DNA from: Candidatus Aminicenantales bacterium
Lineage (GTDB): Bacteria > Acidobacteriota > Aminicenantia > Aminicenantales > UBA4085
Assembly: GCA_049515535.1 (NCBI GenBank)
Contig: JBEKTZ010000012.1
Span: 1 to 64,000 of the forward strand
Direction: 5' to 3'
DNA length: 64,000 nucleotides
The position numbers were made by a program, and so were the translations under genes. Below are positions 48,755 through 58,309 of this stretch, piece after piece (the stretch's first letter is position 1; every line of letters starts with the position of its first letter). The notes below the pieces were generated by a model, which had not been told where the DNA came from, did no database searches, and saw only the letters and a list, made by a program, of their open reading frames with translations.

Positions 48755-50116
48755 TCAGACCAATCCCTGTTCCATCATCGCTCGGGCGACCTTGAGGAAG
48801 CCTCCGATGTTGGCGCCGTTGACGTAGTTTCCGGGAGTGCCATACGCCTCGGCTGCTTCGTAGCTGGTTTTATGAATACTTTTCATAATCTGCTGCAAAC
48901 GGCTGTCGACTTCTTCCTTGGTCCAGCTCAGTCTCATGCTGTTCTGACACATCTCGAGTCCGGAAGTGGCCACTCCTCCGGCGTTAGCAGCTTTCCCGGG
49001 AGCAAAGAGTATTTTGGCATCGAGGAAGACCTCGACGCCTTCGGCCGTCGTGGGCATGTTCGCGCCCTCGACGACGACATAAACTCCATTCTTGACCAGG
49101 TTCTTGGCATCTTTGGCGTTGATCTCATTCTGGGTTGCGCTCGGGAAGGCGCAGTCGGCCTTATGATTCCAGAGGGGATTAAAATCTGAGCCTGGACTAA
49201 AAGGAGTATAGGTCACACCCTTGAATTTATGGGCATATTCTTTGATTCGGCCGCGCCGGGCATTTTTCAGGTCCATAACGAAGGCCAGCTTCTTATTATC
49301 GATGCCTGCCGGATCATAGACATATCCGTTGGAATCCGACAGAGTGACCGCTTTGCCGCCCAATTGATTTATTTTTTCGACAGTATACTGGGCGACGTTG
49401 CCGCTGCCTGAAACCAGGCACATCTTCCCGTTCATGGACTGCTTTCTCGTGGCCAGCATTTCGGCGGCAAAATAAGTTGCCCCATATCCCGTGGCTTCCG
49501 GCCGCATTAAGGAGCCGCCCCAATCTAGGCCCTTTCCGGTCAGAACGCCCGTGACCTCGTTTTTCAGCTTTCTGTACTGCCCATAGAGGAAGCCGATTTC
49601 CCGGCCACCTACTCCGATGTCTCCCGCCGGGACGTCCGTATCAGAACCGATATGCCGGTAGAGTTCGTTCATGAAAGCCTGGCACAGCCGCATGACCTCG
49701 TTATCACTCTTTCCTTTGGGGTCAAAATCGCAGCCGCCTTTTCCACCCCCCATGGGAAGCGTCGTCAGGGCGTTTTTAAAGACCTGCTCAAAGGCGAGAA
49801 ACTTCAAAATCCCCAGTGTCACCGTCGGATGGAAGCGGAGCCCACCTTTGTAGGGCCCGATGGCACTGTTCATCTGGATCCTGTAGCCCCGATTGACGCG
49901 GATCTCGCCCGCGTCATCCATCCAATTCACCCGGAACATGATCACCCGTTCCGGCTCCACGATCCTTTCCAGGATCTTCGCTTTGCGGAACTCGGGATGA
50001 TGCTCGAGAGCCAGGGAGACGGAATTGACAACTTCGAGAACGGCTTGATGGAACTCGGGCTGGGCGGGATTCTTGGCAATGACTTCGCTCATAAAATCGG
50101 AAACATAATTGCTCAT
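48755..50116 (-). CDS. gdhA: NADP-specific glutamate dehydrogenase
   Basis: GPYKGGLRFHP, FKNALTTLPMGGGKGG, DVPAGDIGVG, RPEATGYG, GSGNVA, KAANAGGV. Confidence 0.96.
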   Translation of the reverse strand: MSNYVSDFMSEVIAKNPAQPEFHQAVLEVVNSVSLALEHHPEFRKAKILERIVEPERVIMFRVNWMDDAGEIRVNRGYRIQMNSAIGPYKGGLRFHPTVTLGILKFLAFEQVFKNALTTLPMGGGKGGCDFDPKGKSDNEVMRLCQAFMNELYRHIGSDTDVPAGDIGVGGREIGFLYGQYRKLKNEVTGVLTGKGLDWGGSLMRPEATGYGATYFAAEMLATRKQSMNGKMCLVSGSGNVAQYTVEKINQLGGKAVTLSDSNGYVYDPAGIDNKKLAFVMDLKNARRGRIKEYAHKFKGVTYTPFSPGSDFNPLWNHKADCAFPSATQNEINAKDAKNLVKNGVYVVVEGANMPTTAEGVEVFLDAKILFAPGKAANAGGVATSGLEMCQNSMRLSWTKEEVDSRLQQIMKSIHKTSYEAAEAYGTPGNYVNGANIGGFLKVARAMMEQGLV

Positions 50117-50395
50117 CGATTCTCCTTTCTAAGAATTTACACCGCAATGATGTAAGATTGACTTCATGTCTGTACTTTCTACAAAAGAAATGTTATGGAT
50201 TTATTTGGTTCTTGTTTAGATTTTAATAAAAAACTCGGGCGAAAATACCACACTCCGGCCCCCGCGATAAATTCTATTTTCTCGATCGAGGCTTTCTTGA
50301 CATTTAAAATAGCTCAGGGTATTTAATAGAGAAGAGGATGGCGAAGAAGGCTGCTTTCACTTTTTGCTTTCGATTTTTTAGGGAAGGACAACTCG

Positions 50396-51682
50396 ATGAG
50401 TCACAAATCGTTTAGCTCATTTGAAATGGCCCAGTCGCAGTTCGACAGGGTCGCCGCTTGGCTCGAACTCGATGGGACGACAAAAGACCTGTTGCGATGG
50501 CCGATGAGGGAATATCAATTCCTCATACCCGTCCGGATGGATGACGGCCGGACAAAGATCTTCAGAGGCCTCCGTGTCCTTCATAATGATGCCAGGGGGC
50601 CAGGAAAGGGTGGTGTTCGCTTTCATCCTCAGGAGACAATTGACACCGTCCGGGCGTTGGCGATGTGGATGACCTGGAAATGCGCCTTGATTGACATCCC
50701 TTTGGGGGGAAGCACTGGCGGAGTCATCTGCGAGCCTCACAACCTGACATTGAGAGAACAAGAGCAGATCTGCCGGGGCTGGGTCCGGCAGTTGCACAGA
50801 GACCTGGGCCCCCAAATTGACGTGCCGGCCCCGGAGGTTATGACCGGCGCCCAGCACATGTTGTGGATGCTGGACGAGTACGAAGCACTGACGGGGAAGA
50901 GAGTCCCGGGATTCATCACCGGCAAGCCTGTAGGAATGGGTGGTTCCGTTGGCCGGCTGGAAGCGACGGGTTTTGGACTCGTCTTCACCTTGCGGGAAGC
51001 GCTCAAAGAGCTGGGAATCCTTCCCGAGGAGACCAAGGCCAGCGTCCAGGGATTCGGCAATGTCGGCCAATATGCGGTCCGGCTCTACCAACAGATGGGG
51101 GGAAAGGTGATCTGCGTTTCTTGTTGGGACCAAAAAGACGCGACCTCGTACTCGTTCAAAAAAGAGTCGGGTATCGATCTTGACGGGCTCCTGAACATAA
51201 CCGATCGCTTCGGCGGCATAGACAAGAAAAGGGCCCTGGATTCAGGCTACGAGGTGCTTCCGGGGAGTGCATGGTTGGAGCAGAGTGTCGATATCTTGAT
51301 TCCGGCGGCATTGGAGAACCAAATCACAGAAGACAACGTCAGGCTGATTCATCCGAGAGTCAAGATCATCGCTGAAGGGGCGAACGGCCCAACCACCTCT
51401 GAGGCGGATCAAGTGATCAAGGAGCGGGACATCTTTCTCATCCCCGATATCCTCGCCAACGCCGGGGGTGTGACCTGCAGTTATTTTGAGCAGGTTCAGA
51501 GCAACATGAATTATTATTGGGAGAAAGATGAGGTCCTGGGCAAGCTGGATGTCAAGATGACAGCGGCCTTTGATTCGGTTCTTGAGCTGGCGAAGAAAAA
51601 GAGCTTGTCCATGCGCGACGCCGCCTTCTTCATCGCCATCGTTCGAGTCGCTCAAGCCAGTCGCGATCGAGGCTGGGTTTGA
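50396..51682 (+). CDS. Glu/Leu/Phe/Val dehydrogenase family protein with substituted catalytic residues
   Basis: GPGKGGVRF, MTWK, GFGNVG, EGANGP and NAGGV are present, but GGSTGG replaces GGxKGG and PAPE replaces PAPD. Confidence 0.9.
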   Translation: MSHKSFSSFEMAQSQFDRVAAWLELDGTTKDLLRWPMREYQFLIPVRMDDGRTKIFRGLRVLHNDARGPGKGGVRFHPQETIDTVRALAMWMTWKCALIDIPLGGSTGGVICEPHNLTLREQEQICRGWVRQLHRDLGPQIDVPAPEVMTGAQHMLWMLDEYEALTGKRVPGFITGKPVGMGGSVGRLEATGFGLVFTLREALKELGILPEETKASVQGFGNVGQYAVRLYQQMGGKVICVSCWDQKDATSYSFKKESGIDLDGLLNITDRFGGIDKKRALDSGYEVLPGSAWLEQSVDILIPAALENQITEDNVRLIHPRVKIIAEGANGPTTSEADQVIKERDIFLIPDILANAGGVTCSYFEQVQSNMNYYWEKDEVLGKLDVKMTAAFDSVLELAKKKSLSMRDAAFFIAIVRVAQASRDRGWV

Positions 51683-51700
51683 ATACGGCGATAGACGGAT

Positions 51701-53461
51701 TTGATGCCAAAGAACACTAAGAAGTCGTTTCCCGGCAACCTGATCCCTTTCGATCGTCAGTTTTTCACGGGCAAGGAGAAATTCACTCTTATCGGTCGAG
51801 GATCGCTGGGCGGGAAAGCCCATGGCCTGGCTCGAATGAGAGAAATCCTCGAAGCCGAAATCAGTCCTCTCTTCAGTCCGGATATTCAGGTCGTAATTCC
51901 CACTCTGACAGTCATCACTTCGGACTTTTTTGATCTTTTCATGGAGCAGAATGATCTGTACGAGGTCTCTCTTTCCAACCAGCGTGACGAGGCGATCGCC
52001 CAGGCCTTTCAACGGGCAGAGTTGCCAGCTCAGCTTGTCGGCGACCTGAGGGCGCTCATAGCCCAGGTCCACACTCCGTTGGCCATCAGGTCATCCAGTC
52101 TTCTCGAAGACGCCATGTTCGAGCCTTTCGCGAGTGTCTATGCTACAAAGATGATCCCCAACAATCAACTCGACCCGAATATCCGTTTTAGAAAGCTTGT
52201 GGAGGCCATCAAATACGTCTACGCTTCAACTTTTTTCAGAGATGCCAAGAACTACATGCTGGCTACGAAACACACCTCAGCCGATGAAAAAATGGCCGTC
52301 ATCATCCAGGAAGTCGTGGGCAGCCGCTTCGGAAATCGTTTTTATCCTCAGATTTCGGGTGTCGCCCGGTCCTACAATTTTTATCCCCTGGGCCATGCTA
52401 AGCCCGGCGACGGCGTGGTTATTCTAGCGCTCGGGCTGGGCAAGATGATCGTCGATGACGGAATCGGTTGGTCCTATTCGCCGGCCTATCCGCAGGCCAA
52501 TCCCCCCTACGTTTCTATCAGCGAACTTCTGGAACAATCTCAGACTGAATTCTGGGCGATCAACATGGGTCCCCCGCCCGAATACAACCCCATCAAGGAA
52601 ATGGAATACATGCTCAAGTTCTCCCTGGAAGACGCGGAACGCGACGGCGCTCTCCGTTTCATCGCCTCAACCTATCGGCTCCGAGATGACAAAATTGTTT
52701 ATGGGATCGCGGAGGGGGGGGCTAGGATCATCGATTTTGCTCCGATCCTCAAGCTGGAGCTCATCTCTCTGAACACGATGCTCCGCGCTTTGCTCAAAAG
52801 CTGTGAAGAGGCCCTAGAGAGAATGGTCGAGATCGAATTTGCCCTGAGTCTGGACGAGAAGAAGGGAGTCCCGGCCCGCTTTGGGTTTCTCCAGGTCAGG
52901 CCGATGGTCGTCTCCGAAGCTAACGTGGATGTCTCCTTGGCCGAGCTGATGGGAGCGCGAGTGCTCGTCGCGACTGAATCAGCCATGGGCAATGGCGTTC
53001 TGGACAATATTTGGGACATCGTCTATGTCAAGCCGGAGAAATTCAGTCCCAACAAAACGGAGACTATCGCGGCCCAACTTGAAGAGCTCAACCGCAAGTT
53101 GGGGGCTTCCCATGAGCCCTATCTTCTGATCGGGTTCGGCCGTTGGGGATCTTCCGATCCTCTAGGGGGGATTCCGGTCAATTTCGGACAGATCAGCGGC
53201 GCTCGAGTCATCGTCGAGTCCACTCTCCCCGAGATGAATTTTATGCTGAGCCAGGGATCGCACTTTTTTCATAATATCACCAGCTTCCGCGTTTTTTATT
53301 TCTCCGTCCCGCATTGGGAAAAATACACCATTGATTGGAGCTGGCTGAAAAAACAACAGGCCGTCACAGAAACAGAGTTTATTCGCCACGTGAAGCTTCC
53401 CGCCCCCCTGAAGGTCAAGGTGGATGGAACGACGAGCCGAGGAGTCATTTATCATGACTGA
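51701..53461 (+). CDS. PEP-synthase/PPDK N-terminal (ATP-grasp) domain protein lacking the PEP-binding domain
   Basis: GGKAHGL, AIRSSSLLED, MAVIIQEVVG, GLG..IVD, IEFA, FLQVRP; C-terminal GRWGS..SQGSHFF. Confidence 0.88.
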   Translation: MMPKNTKKSFPGNLIPFDRQFFTGKEKFTLIGRGSLGGKAHGLARMREILEAEISPLFSPDIQVVIPTLTVITSDFFDLFMEQNDLYEVSLSNQRDEAIAQAFQRAELPAQLVGDLRALIAQVHTPLAIRSSSLLEDAMFEPFASVYATKMIPNNQLDPNIRFRKLVEAIKYVYASTFFRDAKNYMLATKHTSADEKMAVIIQEVVGSRFGNRFYPQISGVARSYNFYPLGHAKPGDGVVILALGLGKMIVDDGIGWSYSPAYPQANPPYVSISELLEQSQTEFWAINMGPPPEYNPIKEMEYMLKFSLEDAERDGALRFIASTYRLRDDKIVYGIAEGGARIIDFAPILKLELISLNTMLRALLKSCEEALERMVEIEFALSLDEKKGVPARFGFLQVRPMVVSEANVDVSLAELMGARVLVATESAMGNGVLDNIWDIVYVKPEKFSPNKTETIAAQLEELNRKLGASHEPYLLIGFGRWGSSDPLGGIPVNFGQISGARVIVESTLPEMNFMLSQGSHFFHNITSFRVFYFSVPHWEKYTIDWSWLKKQQAVTETEFIRHVKLPAPLKVKVDGTTSRGVIYHD

Positions 53462-56400
53462 CCAACCCAAGAACATCGATAACTTGATCTGGTTTCTCTC
53501 GGAGAGAGCCAAAGAGCTCAATTGCCTTTACAAAATAGAAGAACTCTTGAACAAGCCGGACACGAACCTCACCGACATCTGCAAAGGCGTCATCGAAGCT
53601 ATCCCGCCCGGCTGGCAGTATCCGGACATCTGTGTCGCTAAGATCACCCTCGAAGGCCGCACTTACCAGTCCCCGAATTTTAAGGAAACACCGTGGGTAC
53701 AGTCTGCCGACATCGAAGTCCAAGACAGGAAAATCGGAAGATTCAGTGTCTATTACACCGCTGAGATGCCTCACATAGACGATGGCCCTTTCCTCAAGGA
53801 AGAGACCAAATTGCTCGGAACGATCGTCGACCGCCTCGGACACTACATCATGTACGCGAGGATGAAACAGGTTTACCAGGCTGCCAGGCAGGAGATCAGG
53901 GAGCACAAGAAGGAAGAATGGCGCGTTGCCCTGAATTTTTTGCGCCAGACCAATAAAAACCTCTTCCTAGATATCTCACGCCACATGCTGAATTTTCTCT
54001 GCTGGAGCGGGATCGACGAAGCCGAACGCCTCCTGCAGAAAACAGGCATCGGGCAACGAGGCAAAGACGAACGGGCACTCGCCGATGAAAATCGTCCCGA
54101 CCAGAAGAACGCGGTGGCTTTTAATGATAAGCTCAGCGATGAAACGTTCAAGCTTGCGGCCAGGCACTTCACCAGCGCGCAAATCCTAGCCAACATCCAG
54201 AAATGGATCCAAGAAGACAGGCTGAGCTTTTTGGTTCACGTGGCAAACCGAAATCTCTCTCTGGCCAAGGTTGTGGACGCCATCCGGCGTTATCATCACA
54301 TCGTGGCAGAGGGAATCGAGTTGCCCCCCGCGAGCAAGCGAGGGGTCCAGGTTTCTCTGATCAGGCGGTTCCTGTCGGCCCGGCAAGAATTCATCAACAC
54401 GGCCGTGGATTTTATAGAAATCGATGATTTTTACGAGGTCCTGGATCATATTGTTTTTTCTCCAGAGAGCCAGGGGAAACTGGGCGGGAAAAGCACGGGT
54501 TTGTTCCTGGCCAAGCACATCATCCAGAAGTGCTCTCGGGTTTCGGATGATCTGGGAGACATCAAAGTCCCAAAAACCTGGTACATCACTTCGGACGGCT
54601 TGTTGAGCTTTCTCAGCCACAATAATCTTAACGAGGTCGTCGAGCAGAAATACAAAGATATCAATCAAGTGAGGCTTGAATATCCCCACATCGTTCAGAC
54701 CTTCAAAAATTCCAGTCTCCCGACGGAGATCATCCAGGGTCTCTCCATGGTTCTGGATGATTTCAAAGACCAGCCTCTGATTGTCCGAAGCTCTAGCTTG
54801 CTCGAAGACAGGATGGGGTCATCGTTTTCGGGAAAATATAAGAGCCTGTTCCTGGCCAACCAGGGCAGTAAACGGGAGCGTCTGGAAGCGCTCGGCGACG
54901 CCATCAGCGAGGTCTATGCCTCAACCTATGGCCCTGATCCGATCGGATATCGGTCGGAGCGCGGGTTGCTCGATTTTGCCGAGGAAATGGGAATCTTGCT
55001 CCAGGAGGTCGTTGGAACCAGAGTCGGCGACTATTTTATGCCTGCTTATGCGGGTGTGGCGTTCAGCCGCAACGAATTCCGCTGGTCGCCTCGGATCAAG
55101 CGCGAGGATGGACTGTTGCGTCTTGTTCCGGGGCTGGGGACGCGCGCCGTTGACCGGACGAGCGATGACTATCCAGTCTTGATTGCGCCCGGCCAAATCG
55201 GCCTTCGGGTGAATGTCTCGATTGACGAGATAGTCCGCTATTCTCCCAAGAAGATTGACGTGATCAACCTGAAAAAGAACGTCTTTGAGACGATCGAAAT
55301 CAAGGAGCTCCTGCGGAAATTCGGACATGAGATACCGACCATTGAAAAGATGGTCTCGATCTATGATGGTCAACAGATCAGGCAACCGTTAGGGAAAAAC
55401 ATCGACTTCGAGAAAGATGACTTGATCGTCACCTTTGAGGGGATCATCACGAGCACACCGTTCATCCCCCAGCTGAGATCCGTGCTCAAGTTGCTCGAAG
55501 ACAAACTCGAGACGCCGGTGGATATCGAATTCGCTTCCGACGGAAAAGATTTTTACCTCTTGCAATGCCGGCCCCAGAGCTATCTGGAAGGCTGTGAGCC
55601 ATCCCCCGTCCCCAAGGATATCGCCAGAGACAAGATTCTCTTTTTCAGCAACCGTTATGTTTCGAACGGCAGGGTGCCGGACATCACTCACATCATCTAT
55701 GTTGACCCTCAAGGATATGATGATCTCAGGGATGAGTCTTCCCTGCTGGCTGTCGGGCGAGCCGTGGGCAAGCTCAACAAACTCCTGCCGAGGCGACGCT
55801 TCATACTCGTCGGACCCGGGCGCTGGGGCAGTCGAGGAGATATCAAGTTGGGGGTGAAGGTCACCTATTCCGATATCTCCAATACTGCCATGCTCATTGA
55901 AATCGCCCAGAAAAAGGGTAACTACCTGCCGGACCTTTCTTTCGGGACACATTTCTTCCAGGACCTGGTTGAGGCTGAAATCCGCTATCTGCCCCTGTAT
56001 CCTGATGAAAAAGACACTCTTTTTGACAACCGCTTTTTCAAGGAATCAAACAATATTCTCGCCGAGCTTTTGCCGGAATGCGGTTTCCTGGCCGACGCCG
56101 TCAGGGTCATCGATGTTCCTAAAAGCACAGACGGGCTCGTCCTGAGGGTGTTGATGAACGCCGACCAGGATGAAGCGGCCGGAATATTGGTCAATCCATC
56201 CCTCGGGCCGCAGATTCTCCCCGTTACGAAGGAACATGAGGGAAAGCGGTCCGAAAACCACTGGGCCTGGCGGCTGCAAATGGCCGAACACATCGCTTCC
56301 CGGCTCGACCCGCTTCGTTTCGGTGTCAAAGCGTTTTACGTTTTTGGCAGCGCAAAGAACGCCACGGCCGGCCCTCAGAGTGACATCGACATCTTGATTC

Positions 56401-56639
56401 ATTTCCAGGGGACAAAGAAGCAGCGCCAAGAGCTCATGCTGTGGCTCGAAGGTTGGAGCATGGCTCTGGACGAAATGAATTACCACAGGACTGGACGCAG
56501 GTCGGGGGGCTTGCTCGACGTCCACCTGGTCACCGACGAGGATATCGCCAATAAGGAGAGTTACGCGATGAAAATCGGCGCGGTCACCGATGCCGCACGA
56601 CCCCTCCAGATGATGAAGCCGGGTAGCAGGTCTAAATGA
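53454..56639 (+). CDS. Sensor (GAF-like) - PPDK-like ATP-grasp - nucleotidyltransferase fusion protein
   Basis: N-terminal ERAKELNCLY..IPPGWQYP..PFLKEE; LGGKS, IVRSSSLLED, DIEFA, LLQCRP, GRWGS, SFGTHFF; C-terminal VFGS..SDIDILI..LDVH. Confidence 0.88.
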   Translation: MTDQPKNIDNLIWFLSERAKELNCLYKIEELLNKPDTNLTDICKGVIEAIPPGWQYPDICVAKITLEGRTYQSPNFKETPWVQSADIEVQDRKIGRFSVYYTAEMPHIDDGPFLKEETKLLGTIVDRLGHYIMYARMKQVYQAARQEIREHKKEEWRVALNFLRQTNKNLFLDISRHMLNFLCWSGIDEAERLLQKTGIGQRGKDERALADENRPDQKNAVAFNDKLSDETFKLAARHFTSAQILANIQKWIQEDRLSFLVHVANRNLSLAKVVDAIRRYHHIVAEGIELPPASKRGVQVSLIRRFLSARQEFINTAVDFIEIDDFYEVLDHIVFSPESQGKLGGKSTGLFLAKHIIQKCSRVSDDLGDIKVPKTWYITSDGLLSFLSHNNLNEVVEQKYKDINQVRLEYPHIVQTFKNSSLPTEIIQGLSMVLDDFKDQPLIVRSSSLLEDRMGSSFSGKYKSLFLANQGSKRERLEALGDAISEVYASTYGPDPIGYRSERGLLDFAEEMGILLQEVVGTRVGDYFMPAYAGVAFSRNEFRWSPRIKREDGLLRLVPGLGTRAVDRTSDDYPVLIAPGQIGLRVNVSIDEIVRYSPKKIDVINLKKNVFETIEIKELLRKFGHEIPTIEKMVSIYDGQQIRQPLGKNIDFEKDDLIVTFEGIITSTPFIPQLRSVLKLLEDKLETPVDIEFASDGKDFYLLQCRPQSYLEGCEPSPVPKDIARDKILFFSNRYVSNGRVPDITHIIYVDPQGYDDLRDESSLLAVGRAVGKLNKLLPRRRFILVGPGRWGSRGDIKLGVKVTYSDISNTAMLIEIAQKKGNYLPDLSFGTHFFQDLVEAEIRYLPLYPDEKDTLFDNRFFKESNNILAELLPECGFLADAVRVIDVPKSTDGLVLRVLMNADQDEAAGILVNPSLGPQILPVTKEHEGKRSENHWAWRLQMAEHIASRLDPLRFGVKAFYVFGSAKNATAGPQSDIDILIHFQGTKKQRQELMLWLEGWSMALDEMNYHRTGRRSGGLLDVHLVTDEDIANKESYAMKIGAVTDAARPLQMMKPGSRSK

Positions 56640-57489
56640 GCTCCCGGGTCGCGGCTTCGAGGTTTTCAGGATCGAATCGAACCAGGGCCAGCTCTGGGCC
56701 GTCGTGAGCGGCCGAAAAGCAATGGGTCCGGCCGATGAGATCCCGCCAGGCGAGAGACAGTCTGGCCGATTCATGGATGTGGCCGTGCAGGGTGAGCAGC
56801 GGCTGACGGGCTTCGATGAAACGCCGGATGGCGATGCTTCCGACGTGAGGGTCCAGGGGGACGTGGTCAATTTTTTTGCCCTCGAGAGCGGCCAGGTCCA
56901 GGGTTGTCATGTAAGGTGGGGCATGGAAGAGGAAAATAGACCGGTCCAGGCTTTCTTCTTCAGCGAGATGGGCAAGGTCATCTTGAATCAGGGTGTATCT
57001 TTTTTCTTGATCTGAGACCGGAAAAGAACGCACCCCCTCCTCCGGAGAGATGCAGCCGGGATCCATATAGCGGGACACATCGTAACGCTCCCAGTCCTTG
57101 AGCCGGAAGGGAGTCGGCGGGACACAGGCGTAGCCGTAAACACAAAAACCCTTGAAATCGACCTCCCTGTTATGGATATACTGCCACACACCCCGGCCCT
57201 CGGCTTCGACCAGCGCAGGCTCTTCGGAACGGGGATCGTCGTTCCCCATGATGAGAAAAATCCGCGGATAGCGGTCCTTGAGCTCACCGCGCAGGAGGAG
57301 CATTTGCCCGAGGAGATATTCTGGGACAAAATCATGCGGGGAGAGACCCGAGGAACTGGAAAAACGCAGCGGCAGGAAATCCCCCCCTATAAACACTGCT
57401 TCGGGACGCTCATCCCGCATGGTCCGGAAGAGCTTCTGATACCGTTCAAGGTTACCGTGCAAGTCAGAGACAAAAAAGCAGTCGGTCAT
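56632..57489 (-). CDS. Calcineurin-like metallophosphoesterase
   Basis: SDLHG, GGD, GNDD, FHAPP, HGHIHE. Confidence 0.9.
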   Translation of the reverse strand: MTDCFFVSDLHGNLERYQKLFRTMRDERPEAVFIGGDFLPLRFSSSSGLSPHDFVPEYLLGQMLLLRGELKDRYPRIFLIMGNDDPRSEEPALVEAEGRGVWQYIHNREVDFKGFCVYGYACVPPTPFRLKDWERYDVSRYMDPGCISPEEGVRSFPVSDQEKRYTLIQDDLAHLAEEESLDRSIFLFHAPPYMTTLDLAALEGKKIDHVPLDPHVGSIAIRRFIEARQPLLTLHGHIHESARLSLAWRDLIGRTHCFSAAHDGPELALVRFDPENLEAATRELI

Positions 57490-57498
57490 TGCTTAAGT

Positions 57499-58221
57499 TT
57501 AGGAGCCGGACTCCGCCTCAAATTTGTACCCGACGCCGCGGACCGTTTTGATGTACCTTCTCGCCTTGGCCAGTTTTTTCCTGATCCCAGTGATTTGGTA
57601 ATCGACCACCCTCTCGGTGACCGAGTAGTTGTCCTCGCGGACGCGGTCCAGGATGCGGGACCGGGTGAAGACTTGATTCGGCTTTCCAGCCAAAAGGGAG
57701 AGGATATCAAATTCGGTTTTGGTGAGGTTGATTTTTTCTCCGGCGACGAAGACTTCGTAGCCGTCCTGTCTGATCGTCAAGTCATCGAATTCGAGGAGAT
57801 TCCGATCTGTGTTTTCCGTTTTGGATTTCCTGCGGAGCAAGGCATGAATGCGGGCAATCAGAATCTGGGGCTCGAACGGTTTTATGATATAGTCATCGGC
57901 GTATTCTTTCAAGCCCAGGACGACGTCTTCGAGCTTCCTCTTTCCCGTGAGCATGATGATGAAGATATTGGCCGTTTGGGGCTCCTTTTTTAGAATCTGA
58001 CAGACTCTGTATCCGTCGATCCCGGGAAGAACGAGATCCAAGAGAATCACATCCGGCCTTTCTTTTCGAGATATGATGATGGCTTCTTCGCCGCTCTGCG
58101 TACAGAGGACTCTGAAACCTTCTCTGTCGAGAATAAAGGCGAGGCTCTTCTGAAGACTTAAATCATCTTCAACCAACAAGACTTTTGGGAGAGCTCGATC
58201 TTCGTACATGGGCTGATTCAT
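57499..58221 (-). CDS. OmpR/PhoB-family response regulator
   Basis: LVEDD, LLDLVLP, MLTG, DDYIIKPF; winged helix LTKTEF..TVRGVGY. Confidence 0.93.
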   Translation of the reverse strand: MNQPMYEDRALPKVLLVEDDLSLQKSLAFILDREGFRVLCTQSGEEAIIISRKERPDVILLDLVLPGIDGYRVCQILKKEPQTANIFIIMLTGKRKLEDVVLGLKEYADDYIIKPFEPQILIARIHALLRRKSKTENTDRNLLEFDDLTIRQDGYEVFVAGEKINLTKTEFDILSLLAGKPNQVFTRSRILDRVREDNYSVTERVVDYQITGIRKKLAKARRYIKTVRGVGYKFEAESGS

Positions 58222-58309
58222 TCTATAACTCCACCCTAACAAAAATCAAACACAATCCGAACAATCGCCCGAGACGCAAGGATCGCCTCAATTTTGGGCG
58301 TGGCCCGAT

